From: Chrysomallon squamiferum
Lineage: Eukaryota > Animalia > Mollusca
Assembly: GCA_012295275.1 (NCBI GenBank)
Contig: CM022674.1
Coordinates: forward strand, 6,882,001 to 6,946,000
DNA: 64,000 nt
Direction of reading: 5' to 3'
Below the pieces are notes generated by a model. That model saw only the letters and a program-made list of their open reading frames with translations. It did no database searches and was not told the origin of the DNA. Positions 25,423 to 38,962 of this stretch are shown one piece after another (positions within the stretch are counted from its first letter, which is position 1; each line of letters begins with the position of its first letter). Made by a program: the position numbers and the translations under genes.

Positions 25423-28385
25423 TTTTATTTAATAAACATTTATAATTTAAAATGTTTTGTTTTCTTTTCAGCTCAGTTTTGGTTTCCAGATAGTAAACAT
25501 TGTCTGCACTAACAGACGTAAACAATTCTGGATAACCACTGGAGACGAAATGTTGACAAAGTAAGAATTTCAAAAACAGTATCACCTTATATTTATTAAT
25601 AAATAGAAATGAATCATTAAACACATAGCTGATATCCAACATACAACCGCAAAATTAATAAATTTACAGAGTTTTGAAATTCAGTAAAAACAAAACTTGC
25701 TCACTTTAGTTTTATCTATTTTTTAAAATTTATTTTTATTTATCTTTTCTCAGTTTTAATATTTATTTTGTATTTATGTTTATTACAACAGTGCTATTGT
25801 GAGCACGTTGTCGGCAGCTATGGAGGCATGTCAATTTCCCATTCCAAACCTGACTGTTCTCACTGATGCTACAACACAGAAAATATGTTTACGGAAATAT
25901 GCAGCCCTGGAAAGTAAAACCGAGGTAAGGAAAAGAAACTGAGTCTCAAAGGACCAAAAAATGATGCACACACACACACACATACATAAACACATACAGA
26001 CATGAACATTTTCAGCTAAGTTAGAAGAAACAAATCTGAAATTGAAAATGTGGGTGTGTGTGTATTTGGTTTTGGGGATATGTATGTATAATGTATTTAT
26101 GTTGTCATAATGTGACAGTTTTCTTATAGATTTGGAAAATGTCTGCATCGTAGAATTTTATCATTTTATTAAAGTTTATATATATATACCAAAAACTAAA
26201 CATTTATATATATATATATATATATTTTAAATAACAGATATATATATATATATATATCTGTTATTTAAAATTTTAAATTAGTTCTATCTAAATATCTTCT
26301 TCCCAATTAAAAAAAATATTAAACAGTTTGCACCAAATTTAATTATTTCAAATAAACAAGAATATTTAAACATTTTCTAACTCCCAAATACCAGAATAAT
26401 AATAACTGTGTAAATTTGTATTTCTTTTCACCTGAAGAAACAAATTAAAACAGTGGATATGTTGTGATAATATGCAGAATTACCTGCTGTCTTAAAGGTG
26501 TGATTATAAACAGAACATGTTAGACTGGTTTCTTTGCTGTTGTTGTTGTAGCCAGGTGAGGTGGAGGTAGAGAATTACTCGTTGGTTTTCTGGGAGGATC
26601 CGCAGTGTTCTGGGGGGAACAGCACTCCCTCTCAGAGGGATGGGATGCTAGCATTAATGGTCAGCGACAGATTTGGTGGTCACTACTGGAAATCAGTCTA
26701 TGTTGTTCTCAAGTGAGCTTTCATTAATTCAATTTATTTATTTATTTCCTTATATGTTTTATTTTTGATATTTTGGGGGTTTTTTTAAAAAAAATTTTTA
26801 ATTTTTTAATTTTTAATTTATTTTATTTTATTTATTTATATATTTTATTTATTTTATTTTATTTTATTTTATTTTCATTTATTTTTATTTATTTTATTTG
26901 TTTGTTGTTGGGTCTTTTTTAGGTTTTATTTTATTTATTTTTAATTTGGTTTTGTTTTATTTGTTTATTTTTTTAAAATTATTTTTAGTTGTTTTATCCC
27001 TACTTTTCTTTTTATTGCTTTTTTTTTTTTTTTTTAATTTTTAAATAAATAAACAAACCAAAAAAAAATTAACAATAAAAATAAAATTTATTTATTATAT
27101 ATTTAATATATACTTATATATTTTTAACAAAACCTAACTTGTTTTGATAATTATCTCAAGAAATAAAGTTTTGATCCAAAGTTAAATAATATTTTTATTA
27201 CATCCAGCATTTTATGTCAGATTTGAGAAAGTATTACATATTTGTTTTTAAAAAAAGCTACTTTTTTCTATTTTATTTTCTCAACATAAAATAACTTTTT
27301 ATTTTCAGGGACAAAATGCTCTGTATTTTTAATAACAAAATGGATGACAAACCAATTTATTTTCTTCATCTGGGAGGAGATCAGTGTGTGGGGTGTAGAC
27401 AAGTGAATGACGTTGATAGGGAACACTGCATTGAAATAATTCTGTCCAATGGCAGGTCTTGGCACTTAAGTGCTGCAAGTTCTAACGAACTTCGTGATTG
27501 GCTGCAGAATTTGTGCCAGGCTGTTTCAGAAGGAATGCAGGTACAGTGATAATTAAATAAAATAATTAATATTTCTTTAAAACATTTGTTTAAAATTATC
27601 AAAATATTTTTATTTATTTATTTATTATTAGTATTATTATCATTATTTATTTCTTCAAAAATTGTTTCCAAAATTTTAATTTTTAAAATTTTTATTTCAG
27701 TATTAAAAATATATTGAAGTTTCGGTAGATCTAAATTATTGTTTTATGTACTTTCCTACCTAAGGGAAGGTATATATATATATATATGTAGATCCATTTC
27801 TGTTAACCAAAATGCTGTAGCCAATTGTGTTTGTTGCAGCAAATTTCCACTTTTATTATTTTTATCATCATATGAAAACCATCAATAGTAGATACTATAA
27901 TATACCAAATACATCACTAAAATAAAACATTTCATATTTAATTAACAAGTCTATTTTGTGTGTGCAGTACTTTCAACATATATATTTGAAATTTTAAAAT
28001 AAATGTGTATTGTAAGTGAAATTTTAAAATATGTGTATTGTAAGTGAAATTTTGAAAAGAATGTGTATTGTGAGTGAATTTTTTTGAATTAAGAAAAGAA
28101 ATGTGTATTTTGAAATTTTATAATAATGTATATTGTAAGTGAAATATTAAAATATGTGTACTGTAGGTGAAATTTTTAGAAGAATGTGTTTAATTTCAGA
28201 GCGTGTGTTCAGTTTGGAAGTACCAGTCGTGTTGCTGTGTGCTGACTCGTCAGAAGATTCTCATGTGTCATGAAGACGTGCAGTCCAGTTTCTTCCGCAC
28301 CCTTGGTAGTGCCAACATGGAGGATGTCACCGCAGTAACAGTAGATCCAGAAATTAAAACTTACTGTGTTGTAGTAAGTTGTTTA

Positions 28386-28470
<85 letters not shown>

Positions 28471-29689
28471 TATATGTCGCATTGTGAAATTATTTAATTT
28501 ACAGTTCAAGATAACAAGACAGTATATATAATTATAAAGAATTAAGTGGGTTTTTTTATTTTTTTTTTCTTCATTTTAATTTTAATTTTTATTGAAAAAC
28601 TGATTTCTCATTCTAAAAAAACAACACATATATTTATACCAGTGTAGATATACAACCATACACTTTTAAAATAATGTCATTTCACCGTATCCTATCTAAT
28701 AATTTTAAATAAACAACTTACAATTCATTAATAAACAGGACCCCCAAAAAACGTTAAGACATAATTATTATTTTTTGTTTTTTTTTAAATTTTTACTTCT
28801 TTTTTTTTTAAAGAAAATTGAGTCAAAATTTTATAAATTTATTTTAGGAGTTTGAGTCAACTGAAGTGGGGGTGAGCAGTGAGCAATGGGTGCTGTACTT
28901 TAACTCAGAGATTGAGAGAAACAAGTTTACAAAGTCTTTGTCTAAATGTTGGACAACTCACTTCCAGGTATCAGCTGTGTTTTTTATAACTATTTAAATT
29001 ATTAAAATATATTTATTTGTTGTTACTCTTATTAATTAATAATATTGTCAGTATAATGAAAGTCAAATTACTGTTGAAGTTTTTTATTTTTTATTTTATT
29101 TTTATTTTTAAATAATTAGTAACATTGGCAAATTAGTCCTTTTTTTTTTTTTTTTTTTTAATTTTTTTTTAAAAAAATAAATAATGCTAAAAGAGGTTAA
29201 ATTTGATTCAATTGCTTTTACTTTTATCAGTTTTATTGGTTAAAAAAAAAAACTTAAGTCATACATTCTTTTTTAAAATTTTTCTTTTGTTTTTCTTCAT
29301 TTATTTTATAAATAATAATTATATGTTTTTAATTTGAATAAAATTTATCTGTATATTTTCAGCTTGATATTATAGGAAACTGCATCCAACACTCATAATT
29401 CAATATTTATTTATTTATTTATTCTTTTATTTATTTATTTGTCTATTTACCTATCTATCCATCTATTTATTTAAACAAAGCATATCAGTATTTTCATGTT
29501 GATATCAAAACATATTGTATCAATAAAGCACCACTGTGTAATTCAGTGTATATTTATTTATTTATTTAAACGAAAACTTGTAAATATTTTCAGGTTGACA
29601 TCACAGTAAATTACATCCACGATGCACCACTACAGAAGAAGTGTCAGGAAACAGCACTTCATTTACAACAGTCACTTCAAAAAATGTGA
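18531..29689 (+). CDS. PLEKHM2: Pleckstrin homology domain-containing family M member 2 (SKIP; RUN + PH domains), 16 exons, ~1003 aa, with two apparent frameshifts in exon 7
   Basis: Exons 18531-18602, 18970-19079, 20543-20652, 21430-21554, 21966-22028, 22549-22677, 23172-24345, 24557-24626, 25069-25224, 25472-25560, 25792-25924, 26552-26712, 27309-27540, 28200-28373, 28848-28967, 29594-29689. RUN domain: LKDKIIANIQKAIK, LCENLDHALLHGL, GYW, GRGRAWLFIALNENLLESYLR. Linker: DLEVIRVT...KKKK. Downstream: LDNNALLHLMLNVFK, CHEDVQSSFFRTLG, WVLYFNSEIE. Exon 7 needs two +1 frame changes (see findings). Confidence 0.9.
19311..20280 (+). mobile_element. Decayed Tigger/pogo DNA transposon (CENP-B-type HTH transposase N-terminus) in PLEKHM2 intron 2
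   Basis: From 19881 the sequence reads LSGRKIAEQFRIN*SQIDSILKRK* and, after frameshifts, KVTGNSDINLLVLKWFQGATANRINV / VIKKKVLKFAEDVGAQSFRVSNCWLDLFRFRCNI. These are the psq-type HTH and CENP-B/Tc5 DNA-binding motifs (..W F...SNGWL..F..R.NI). A Tigger-like 5' end (TAaAGTCAAAC...ACCACCTG) is near 19311. Confidence 0.8.
26224..26271. repeat. Perfect 48-bp palindrome centred on a (TA)n tract
   Basis: ATTTTAAATAACAGATATATATAT|ATATATATATCTGTTATTTAAAAT: the right half is the exact reverse complement of the left half. Confidence 0.9.
28003..28190. repeat. ~27-bp degenerate tandem repeat abutting a PLEKHM2 3' splice site
   Basis: About six copies of ATGTGTATTGTAAGTGAAATTTTAAAAT-like units immediately upstream of the acceptor at 28198-28199. 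Confidence 0.8.
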
Positions 29690-32600
29690 AACGTCAGATT
29701 TGTTCTTCGATATACGTTCTCTTCATCTCTTCTCTCTATAACCCACTGAAAAGCAAGGCACGTTTCAGTTCATTAATAAGGGGTATGATTCTCAAAAGGG
29801 CTTTTCAAAAGCATTGATATCTGGAAAGAGTTTTTCTGAATACCCTTTAACATGGCTTTTGAAGTAACCATTAATAAAAAAAAAAAATTGTTAGGAATGT
29901 TAGTTTTACTCATAAGTAGGTACATATCTGTAACGTGCAAAAAATGTTAGGGCTGTTCCATTTTGTCATAATTAGGTATGATGCAGTAATCTGTTAATTC
30001 TGCGTTAGGGTTATTCCATTTACCACAAGTAGGTGTGAGGCACTTACGTATAAAAATATTGATACAGACATTCAGCATAAGTAGAGTACAACAGTAATAA
30101 AGTAAAAACTCAGTTTTCTCATAAAATGTATGCTTCAGTGATAAATAATTCTATCATAGGCCAGTTTTATTTACATTTAAGAGGGGTGTGAACATTTTTT
30201 TAGTTGTTTTTTTTTGTTTTGTTAATGTGATTGATGTCTGCTCATCCTGTTTAATGCTCTCTTCTGGAATATTTATTTTATTTTCAAAGAAATATACTAA
30301 ACTAATATTTTTTTATGTTTTTGAACATTATTCATGGAAATTATAATATGGCAAAATTTATCTGAAAGCCTTTTTTTTTTTTTCTAATATTCGATATTTT
30401 AAATTTTAATTTAAAAGAAATATATATAATATAATATATATATTTAATTATATTTTAAATTTAATATTTTTTTTAATTAAAAATGAAACAAAACTGTCAA
30501 TTCATTTAAAAAAAAAATAATTTTAAGAAGGTAAATTTATGAATGCTTTTCCTTGAAATTTATCATCATTTTGTTTTTCATTTTTGGTTTGGACAGTGTC
30601 TTTTACTAACATTCAGAATGTTAGTTTGTTAAATTCAAATATTTGCTTGCTCATTTTATTATTTTTATTGCAGTGATGAAGAAAATAGTTTTTTGTTACT
30701 ATTAATTTCAGATTTGTAACTGATACTATATTGTTACGTTTTTTAAAAACTAACACTAAACTTGTCTATTTTATTTTTAATAATGTTGGTAATGGTATTA
30801 AAGTTTTCTTCTTTTTTTTAAATGGATAAATAATTTTAATTTGTTGTTTGGTGAAAGTTACTTGAACATTAAAATTAATTTATTTTTAATGCCATTGTTT
30901 ATTTATTTATTTTTTAATTATTATTATTTTTTTTTTTTTTAGATATATTTTAATTGTTACATGCTCCATCATTTTATTTTCAGCATTTTTATGGGTTTCT
31001 TTATTTATTATTATTATTTTATTAAGTTCATTATTATTATTATTTTTTTTTTTACACATTTTTTTTTTTTTCTTAATGAAAAACAAAAATAAATGTTACT
31101 CTCTTTTTAACAGATATTTTGGTTAGATTTCATTTTTGAATATATTTTGGTTTTATTCCACTTCAGAAATAAACTATAACCTTGTTTAATCCTCTATCAC
31201 ATCCATATATTTTCATTTTCTGTTTTACCTTCCTTTTGGGGTTTTCATTAAATAAAAATAAAAATTTGGGAATTATTTTTTTCAATCAACATTAAAAATA
31301 TTTCTAAACAGTAAAAAAAATAAAAGGTGAAAATAATTTTTAAAACTTAGGTTTCCTTATTAATTTATTGTCCTTGTCCAAAAAAAACCCCAAAAACAAA
31401 CCCAGAAAAACAAAACTAAAACAACAACATAATACACAACTATATAAAATAATAATGATTTAGAAAGTTATTAAGTTATTTTGTGAGTAAATCTATTTAT
31501 GCAAATTTAATTTTCACATATCTAAATATAATATTTTATTCTGCATAAATTAAAATAATTTTTTACTAAAATGAGATTAACCCCTTCACTGCTGCATTTC
31601 ATTACTAATTTACGTCAAAACACACTGTCTCAAGATGCAAAGGCTGTTTGCTAAAGTTTTACTTCATCTGTCGATTTAGGAAGATGATATCATTTAGCAT
31701 GCATTAATGATCATCTCCATTATCATCATCACTGTTATCAACGTATTTGTAGTCTAGTATCATGATAGACATTTGAATGGAACTTTCTTTAAATTATTTG
31801 TAGAGTTAAGATATATCAATATAAATGCTAAATATTTAATATTACTGATATTATTTATTTATTTATTTACTTTTTTATTTTTATTATGGTTATATATTGT
31901 TATTATTAGTTATTTGCTATTTATTATTATTATACATCCTGTGATATTAACTGTGTGCAATTTGTTTATTTTAAGTATTTATTAAACAGAACATAATAAT
32001 TATTAACATTACATCTTTCTTTTTTAATAACTTAAGATTTAAACTATCTTATATGGAAATATTTTGCTTCTATTTAAAAGTATTTCTTTTTCTTCATTTT
32101 CTAAAATGTGTGTGTGTGTGTGTGTGTAAAGTAACATTTATTTTATTACCTGGATTATTTATTTAATATATATCATATTTGTATACCTTTAATTTCACAT
32201 TTTTATATATATATATATATATATATAAATTAATAAGGAAGATCCATGGAGAGTAAAATTTATTAATAATTAGTAAACAAAAAAAATTCAATTAAAATTA
32301 AAATCTTAGAATAAATATTTTAATAATTGTTGACAGATTAATTATTTAAATAATGACTGACTTACAAAATAAAATGTATTCATTTCTTAAACTATAATTA
32401 CTTATTTCTACAGTGCAATTTAATTATCCTTATTAGAATGCATTTATACTTTTGTATATTTAGCACTAGTCAATTTGTAGTGACAAATTTTATTTATCAA
32501 TTTTGTTTATGTCATTTGTTACATATTTTTGTTCTCTGTAAATACTGCAACTGTTATGTTTTAATGAAAGACCACCATTTAAATTTATCTTATAAAATAA

Positions 32601-33008
32601 ATAGGTGTGTGAATGTGTGTGTGTGTGTGTGTGTGTTTCCCATGTAACACATAAACATGCACTTTTTTCGTAGCTGTAACAAGATACATAGCCTTGACCA
32701 GAGGTCTTTTATTTATTTATGTTTATTATTATTATTATTATTATTGGGTTTTTTTAAACTAGTCAGACTAATATTTATTTAATGGGGTTAAGCAGTTAAG
32801 TTGTGTGAATTACACTTCAGAAAACTCAACACCATCATCATCATTGTCATCATAATCATCATTACTCTAATAGACTGTAGCTCACAAATCATTCATGTAG
32901 ACTATTTACATGTTGTTGCAATGTTTACAATATTCCTTGTTAGTATCATGCCAATGTGCTTAATTCATTTTGCAGTCATTCCATGATTTTTCTTTTAAAT
33001 ATTTTCTT

Positions 33009-33041
<33 letters not shown>

Positions 33042-33775
33042 TTATGAAAAGTCAGGGCTTATTACAAAGTGCAATAATAAAAAATATATATAAAAAAAAA
33101 ATGTCTTTCATTTTCAGTGTTGTTATTCTTTTCAGATGTTACAGATATTAATACTATTAACACATTTACCTCATCACATTGTTTGTATTCATTTCATTTA
33201 GTGTTTTTTTATTGTAGTACTAATTTGAAATTTAATTAATTAATTATATTATACGGACAACTAATTTGCAGTAAAACTTTTTTCAAAACGCACCTTCTCA
33301 TAGACAGAAAAACAGTTATTACTGATTAACTTATCATTCAAAACAGGCTGGAATGGGAAGTAATCCAGTGTTTACCCCAGTGACAACAGATCCTGTGACT
33401 GAGTCACAGCAGATGCCAGCACAATGTCAATTTTTAAATATTTCTCTTAAAACCAGATTCTCACACCCATTGATGATATCAGCATTCACAACATAGAGAA
33501 AATAATTTAAAAAATAAATTATTTCTCTATCAGATGAAAGAAACATCACAAAGCTTTATGTATGTATATATTATATATATGTTATGCACATACATTTCAA
33601 TATTATAAGATATTTTTTGGGGGGGGGACAGGTTTCAATGATGTGATTAAAAACGTCATTGAAAATAAAGGCCTTTAATTTTAAAAAAATATGTATTATG
33701 TACACAAATATTAAGATATTTACAGTATTTTGTGAATAGGATATCAAAAATGGTGAAATGTAGATACATTAAGTT

Positions 33776-34141
33776 TTAGGCTGTCTTCTTTAAATCACTG
33801 TTTTTCTCTCTAGTTCTTTCCTTTTCTGAAAAAATAATAATAACTTAACTAATAATAATCCTAAATGATAATATCTATACATTCACAATCATCATCATAA
33901 ACACATCATTACTGATAGTTATTTTTATCATTATTTTTATTACTATTATTTTATTTATTATCATCATCATTATAATTATCATTATTGTCGAATAACCATT
34001 ATTATCAGTATTATTATAATCTTAATTATAATCGTTATTTTAAAAGAATTATGCTACAACTACTATAGATACTACTACAACTACTACTACTGCTACTAAT
34101 AATAACAACAGCAAGAATAATGCCACAATAACCACAACAAC

Positions 34142-34178
<37 letters not shown>

Positions 34179-34190
34179 ATAATAATATTG

Positions 34191-34226
<36 letters not shown>

Positions 34227-34547
34227 GCAATAATGATAATAATAATAATAATGGTAATAATAATAATAGTAATAGTTGTAGTAGTTTTATTAGTTTTAAC
34301 AACAATAATAATAACAAAATGTAGAACTCACCTCCTATCAGCTGCAGTATATTAAAGAAGAAACTTTCTTGTCCAGACTTCATGGCAATTTCATTACACA
34401 ACTCATACAGGTGATTCAGAACCGGTTTCCATGGAAACTGCTCCTCAGTGTCGTCTGCTGCCTCTGCAGTTTTGTCCATGCTCTCGTGAAACGCCAAAAG
34501 TGCACACGTAGCCTCGATGTTACCTCGCAGAATTAGTCTCGGGTCTG

Positions 34548-34586
<39 letters not shown>

Positions 34587-35453
34587 ACAGTAATAATAAT
34601 AATAATAATAATAATCAATAATAACAATAATAAAAGCAACAAGAACAATAATAATGCTACTAGTACTACTGCTACTACTACTACTAATAGTAATATTGCT
34701 TCTACTACTACTACAAACAGTAGTAATAATAGTAATCAATAATAAAATTTAGTATAATAATTATGATAATGATAATAATGCTACAACCACTATTTTAAAT
34801 AATAAATAAATAATGAAATAGTGAAATCACAAAAAAAAAATACTTTACGTTAATAAAGAAATTCTTTTCATTGGATTATTAATAATAATAATAATTATAT
34901 ATATATATAGAAGTCTGTTTTAATAATTATATATTACAAATACGAATTAACACTTACCTTTGTGATGACTGCAAACTGCAAAAGGAAGAGAAGAATTATA
35001 TTATTCTTTTGGACAACTCACTTACAATTTTTAATAACAGACATACATATAAAAACAAATTTTAACACATATTTAAACATTCACTCAAATATTTTCATAA
35101 ACACATACATTCATACATACGCGCGCGTCTTCTCATGCACACGCTGATGCAATGAAAACAGCAATTCAACTACGCTCACATGTTAATACACAAACTTACG
35201 CATGCACGCACTCGTTCACACACTTCAGTTCACGCAAATTCAAATACAAATACGTTCGCAAAAACACTCGCAAAAATATAAATAACACATAGGTCAATAT
35301 CTACAATTAAAAAGTATGATATAATCAAGAATAATAAATAAATAAATAAATAATAAGAATAATAATAAGTAAATAAATAATAATAATAATAAATAATAAT
35401 AATGATAATAATAAATATATAATAAATAAATAAATAAATAAATATAATAAAAC

Positions 35454-35537
<84 letters not shown>

Positions 35538-36507
35538 AATAAATAAATAAAAATGAACGATATTTTTATTTACCTGGCGATGGCGTGACAGCAGAAAATG
35601 GTCCGGGTTGGTCAAAAAATTGACTATTCTTATATAACTCTTCTTTTGACGGAGCTATTTCTGTTGATGAACCTTCTGAAATTAAAACGAACACAAATCT
35701 TATTTCCAAAGATTTCAGCGTCTATACTTTTATATATGATCTCATCACAAATGAGGTATTTAATTTAAATGCACCGATATATTATTTCATACATATAATA
35801 ACACAATAAACTAATTATTTTTATGATTTTTTTTTCAATGTTTCATTTATTCATTCGTTATATCATTTAATGACAGATGATGTCATTCGTTCATTTACTA
35901 TGTATAATTTACTTATATTGACATTATTCAAACATTTATTCACATATTCTAATTTATTTATTCATTATAAGATTATAAAATTATTTATAAATTCATTATA
36001 ACAACATTCAAACGTGTATTCATTTATCATAGCATATAAATTCAAATATTCAGTCATTATAATTTATTCCTTTATTACATCATCTACTGATTATTTCATT
36101 ATTTATTCGTTAGTTCTTTTATTCATGTTTTTCCCCATTATAATAATTATTCATACGTTCGTTCATTCAGTATCACATTCATTCGGTTAATCTTTTATTT
36201 GTATTCATCCGTTACGTCGTCCATCCGTTCATTCAGTGAGTCATTATTCATTCGCTAAATAATTCATCCATTATCTTATTTAATAATTCATATCATTCAC
36301 GGGTTACGTCATTCGTTCGTTAGCTAATTACGTCATTCAAGCATCAGTGTATCGTGTTATTCACATTTTAACCCGTTTTTACAACTGACCTGCGAGATTT
36401 CGTTTTTCCAGGGCTTCTACCAAGTCTCTCAGTAAATCGCCCTTATTCACTCTGAATGCACGTGAAACGACCGGAAGTGCAAACACAAGTAACAGCAACA
36501 GGTTCAT
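33776..36507 (-). CDS. Unrecognised small secreted protein (signal peptide + KR dibasic site), 5 coding exons, 166 aa
   Basis: Exons 36507-36390, 35675-35574, 34975-34958 (18 nt), 34544-34332, 33825-33776; all GT-AG, all four introns phase 1, 501 nt open. Protein: MNLLLLLVFALPVVSRAFRVNKGDLLRDLVEALEKRNLAEGSSTEIAPSKEELYKNSQFFDQPGPFSAVTPSPVCSHHKDPRLILRGNIEATCALLAFHESMDKTAEAADDTEEQFPWKPVLNHLYELCNEIAMKSGQESFFFNILQLIGEKERTREKNSDLKKTA*. Confidence 0.8.
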
Positions 36508-36748
36508 CGTGTGGAATCACTGAGATGTCGTCCTAAAAATGCATGAATGAATTATTATTTTTAATACTGCTGCTACAACAACGAATACTGAATCACCACA
36601 AATATGTTTATCTATCTATACATATGTGTATGTATGTGTCTGTGTGTATATAGATAAATAATAAATATGTGGGCATGTATTTATATACCTTTCGATTTGT
36701 CTGTATACGTATACGTTTCTCTATTCATTTATACATCTTCTGTATCTG

Positions 36749-36840
<92 letters not shown>

Positions 36841-36864
36841 TTTTTCTTGTAAAATACGCCTCAC

Positions 36865-36957
36865 CTTTTTTTGGTATATTGTGTTTTTCAGCAGTAAATA
36901 TTCTAGCAGGCACGACAGATATGAACATTAATTCTTGCACGTGTCGTCTCTTATAAA
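36865..36957 (-). promoter_or_regulatory. Candidate TATA promoter and non-coding first exon of the secreted-protein gene
   Basis: Minus strand shows TTTATAAGA at ~36957-36949 and an Inr-like TCA ~30 nt downstream (~36924). A donor G|GTGAGG lies at 36864 and an acceptor TTTTTAG at 36534-36533, upstream of the ATG at 36507. Confidence 0.5.
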
Positions 36958-36992
<35 letters not shown>

Positions 36993-38152
36993 CTCGAGGC
37001 GAACCCTATACAAAATTAGAATTATAATTCGGATTTGTTAACTGTGGTGAGAGACCCACAGGTAGATAATTCCTTTTGTTCTTATCTTCTACAGCTGGAT
37101 GTTATTATACAGTTTATGCCGATTTTCATATACGCATTGCTTGTTGTATTCATTTTATTCATTGTTACTGTAGGTACTAATTTGATATTTAATTAATTAC
37201 TGGCTAATAACTGGTTACAGATAATTATCAGCTTTATCCTGCGAAGTTTAAAGTGGCGAATGCAGCGAGGCTCTGCCGAGCAGTTCTTAAATAATTCGAT
37301 ATGAGCAAGGAAAATCTGATATTTGTAGACAGTAACCAATTATTTCTTTTATTCTGCGATCCCAAACGATACAGAGTTGTAGATTCACATGTACTGATTT
37401 TGTTTTCGCCTACAACAATTATACATCAAAGCAAAAAACAATGTATTTCTCAAAGAACAAAGAAGCATAATATGTTTGTTTATTCATTCATTCATTCATG
37501 TCTGCCTGCCTTGTTTCCTGCCAACTTTTTTTTTTTTTTTTTTTTCCTTCCGTTTCCTTGACAATATTTCTCTTAGTCCCTCTGTCAGTTACTTTAATTC
37601 GGCATTACGAAACTATGTTATCTTTCTTGAGTTACGCCATTTTACACACCACGCAGGTATTGAAAGTGCAGGTGCACGAAAATCCTTCGACTTAAACGGT
37701 ACTTCAACCTAAGTCTCTTCGACTCAAGTGCACTTCAGTGTATTAGCAGTAATAACGATGATATTAAACGTGTTGGAAAATCACTGTTACTTAAGAACTG
37801 ACTATGCTCTTTAGTCAAAAGTGTGAATAAAAAATTAGTTTTACACAATATAAGCTGTATATTGCTTTACCACGATTACGTTCATGTTGTGTGTGTGTGT
37901 GTGTGTGTGTGTGTGAGACATAGAAGACATTACGTCTGATTAGACTCTGCACAAAGACAATATTCGGGAATGCACTGGCGCATGAAAACAAAGTCAAAAG
38001 GCAACAAAAGAAACCTCAGGTGTCGCTGACGAATCTCAAACCTCGCTGTCCGAAAATGTATGATGAGACCACACGACTACGGAGACAACGTTAAAACTAT
38101 TTTTCAGTAGCCGAGGGTAATCATCGCGACCTGAGAAGCATGAGTATGTATA

Positions 38153-38490
38153 CAGGTACCGGACCAATTATCCGGCGTCCGGAAATCATGAAAGACCAGA
38201 AAACCGGAAGGTTTTTTCCCGACGCTATTTTCATAGTTCGCGCGCGTGGTTGTTATCCTCACCAGACCGGAGCTACTCTTTCAAGCCGCGTGGCGTTCAT
38301 TCACTCGCCGCATTGTTTACGTGTCGAGTCGCCACGGTTGTGTAGCGTCAGTTTTCTTTATGATGTTAATTTAAAATATTTATGCCTAATTATTTACGTA
38401 TTTAGATGGTTTGGTACCAGAAAACCGGAAAATCCAGAAATCTGGAATACCTCAGGCCCCAAGGATTCCGGATAATTGGTCTGGTATCTG
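38153..38490. mobile_element. Tc1/mariner-type MITE, copy 2 (inverted relative to copy 1), ~338 bp
   Basis: TA|CAGGTACCGGACCAATTATCCGG ... CCGGATAATTGGTCTGGTATCTG|TA. The internal sequence is the reverse complement of 4587-4898 (e.g. TTCAAGCCGCGTGGCGTTCATTCACTCGCCGCA vs TGCGGCGAGTGAATGAACGCCACGCGGCTTGAA). Confidence 0.9.
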
Positions 38491-38923
38491 TATATGTCTT
38501 TATGTATGTACTAGGTGTTTGTTTTTTTTTTTTTTTTTTTTTTTTATCTCTGCACATACACAATGCAGAGAATTACGAAGTCCAATCACGACCTCACAAA
38601 CGTTAGAGACTCAAACGTAAGACATTAATTTGCACCCATTCTGGACGCGTACGTATATATACATGTATCTGTATGTGCGGATGTGTGCGTGCGTGCGCGC
38701 GTGTGTGTTTCCTTCTTTTCTTTTCTTTTATTTATTATGTATGTACGTATGCATTTGTTAATGAATATTCGTATTTGGGAAAGCAATGGCACAGGAGGAC
38801 AATGTTTCTCACAAACGTGTGATGCCTCTGACGAGATTACCATTCGATTACTGAGACAAACTTGTATATATGTTCATGTATATATGTATGCGGCATGTAT
38901 GTATGAATGCATATGTATACTCG

Positions 38924-38962
<39 letters not shown>

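Noticed and set aside
31577-32791. Possible piggyBac element (TTAACCCC ... GGGGTTAA)
   Set aside because: The inverted match extends barely beyond 8 bp and the interior is ordinary AT-rich UTR-like sequence.
33393-33409. Palindrome CTGTGACTGAGTCACAG containing an AP-1 site
   Set aside because: A single short motif between convergent 3' ends; expected by chance at this scale without functional data.
34096-34330. Poly-Leu extension of ORF 34096-34497 suggesting a membrane protein
   Set aside because: Beyond the donor at 34331 it is intronic (TAT/TAC)n microsatellite.
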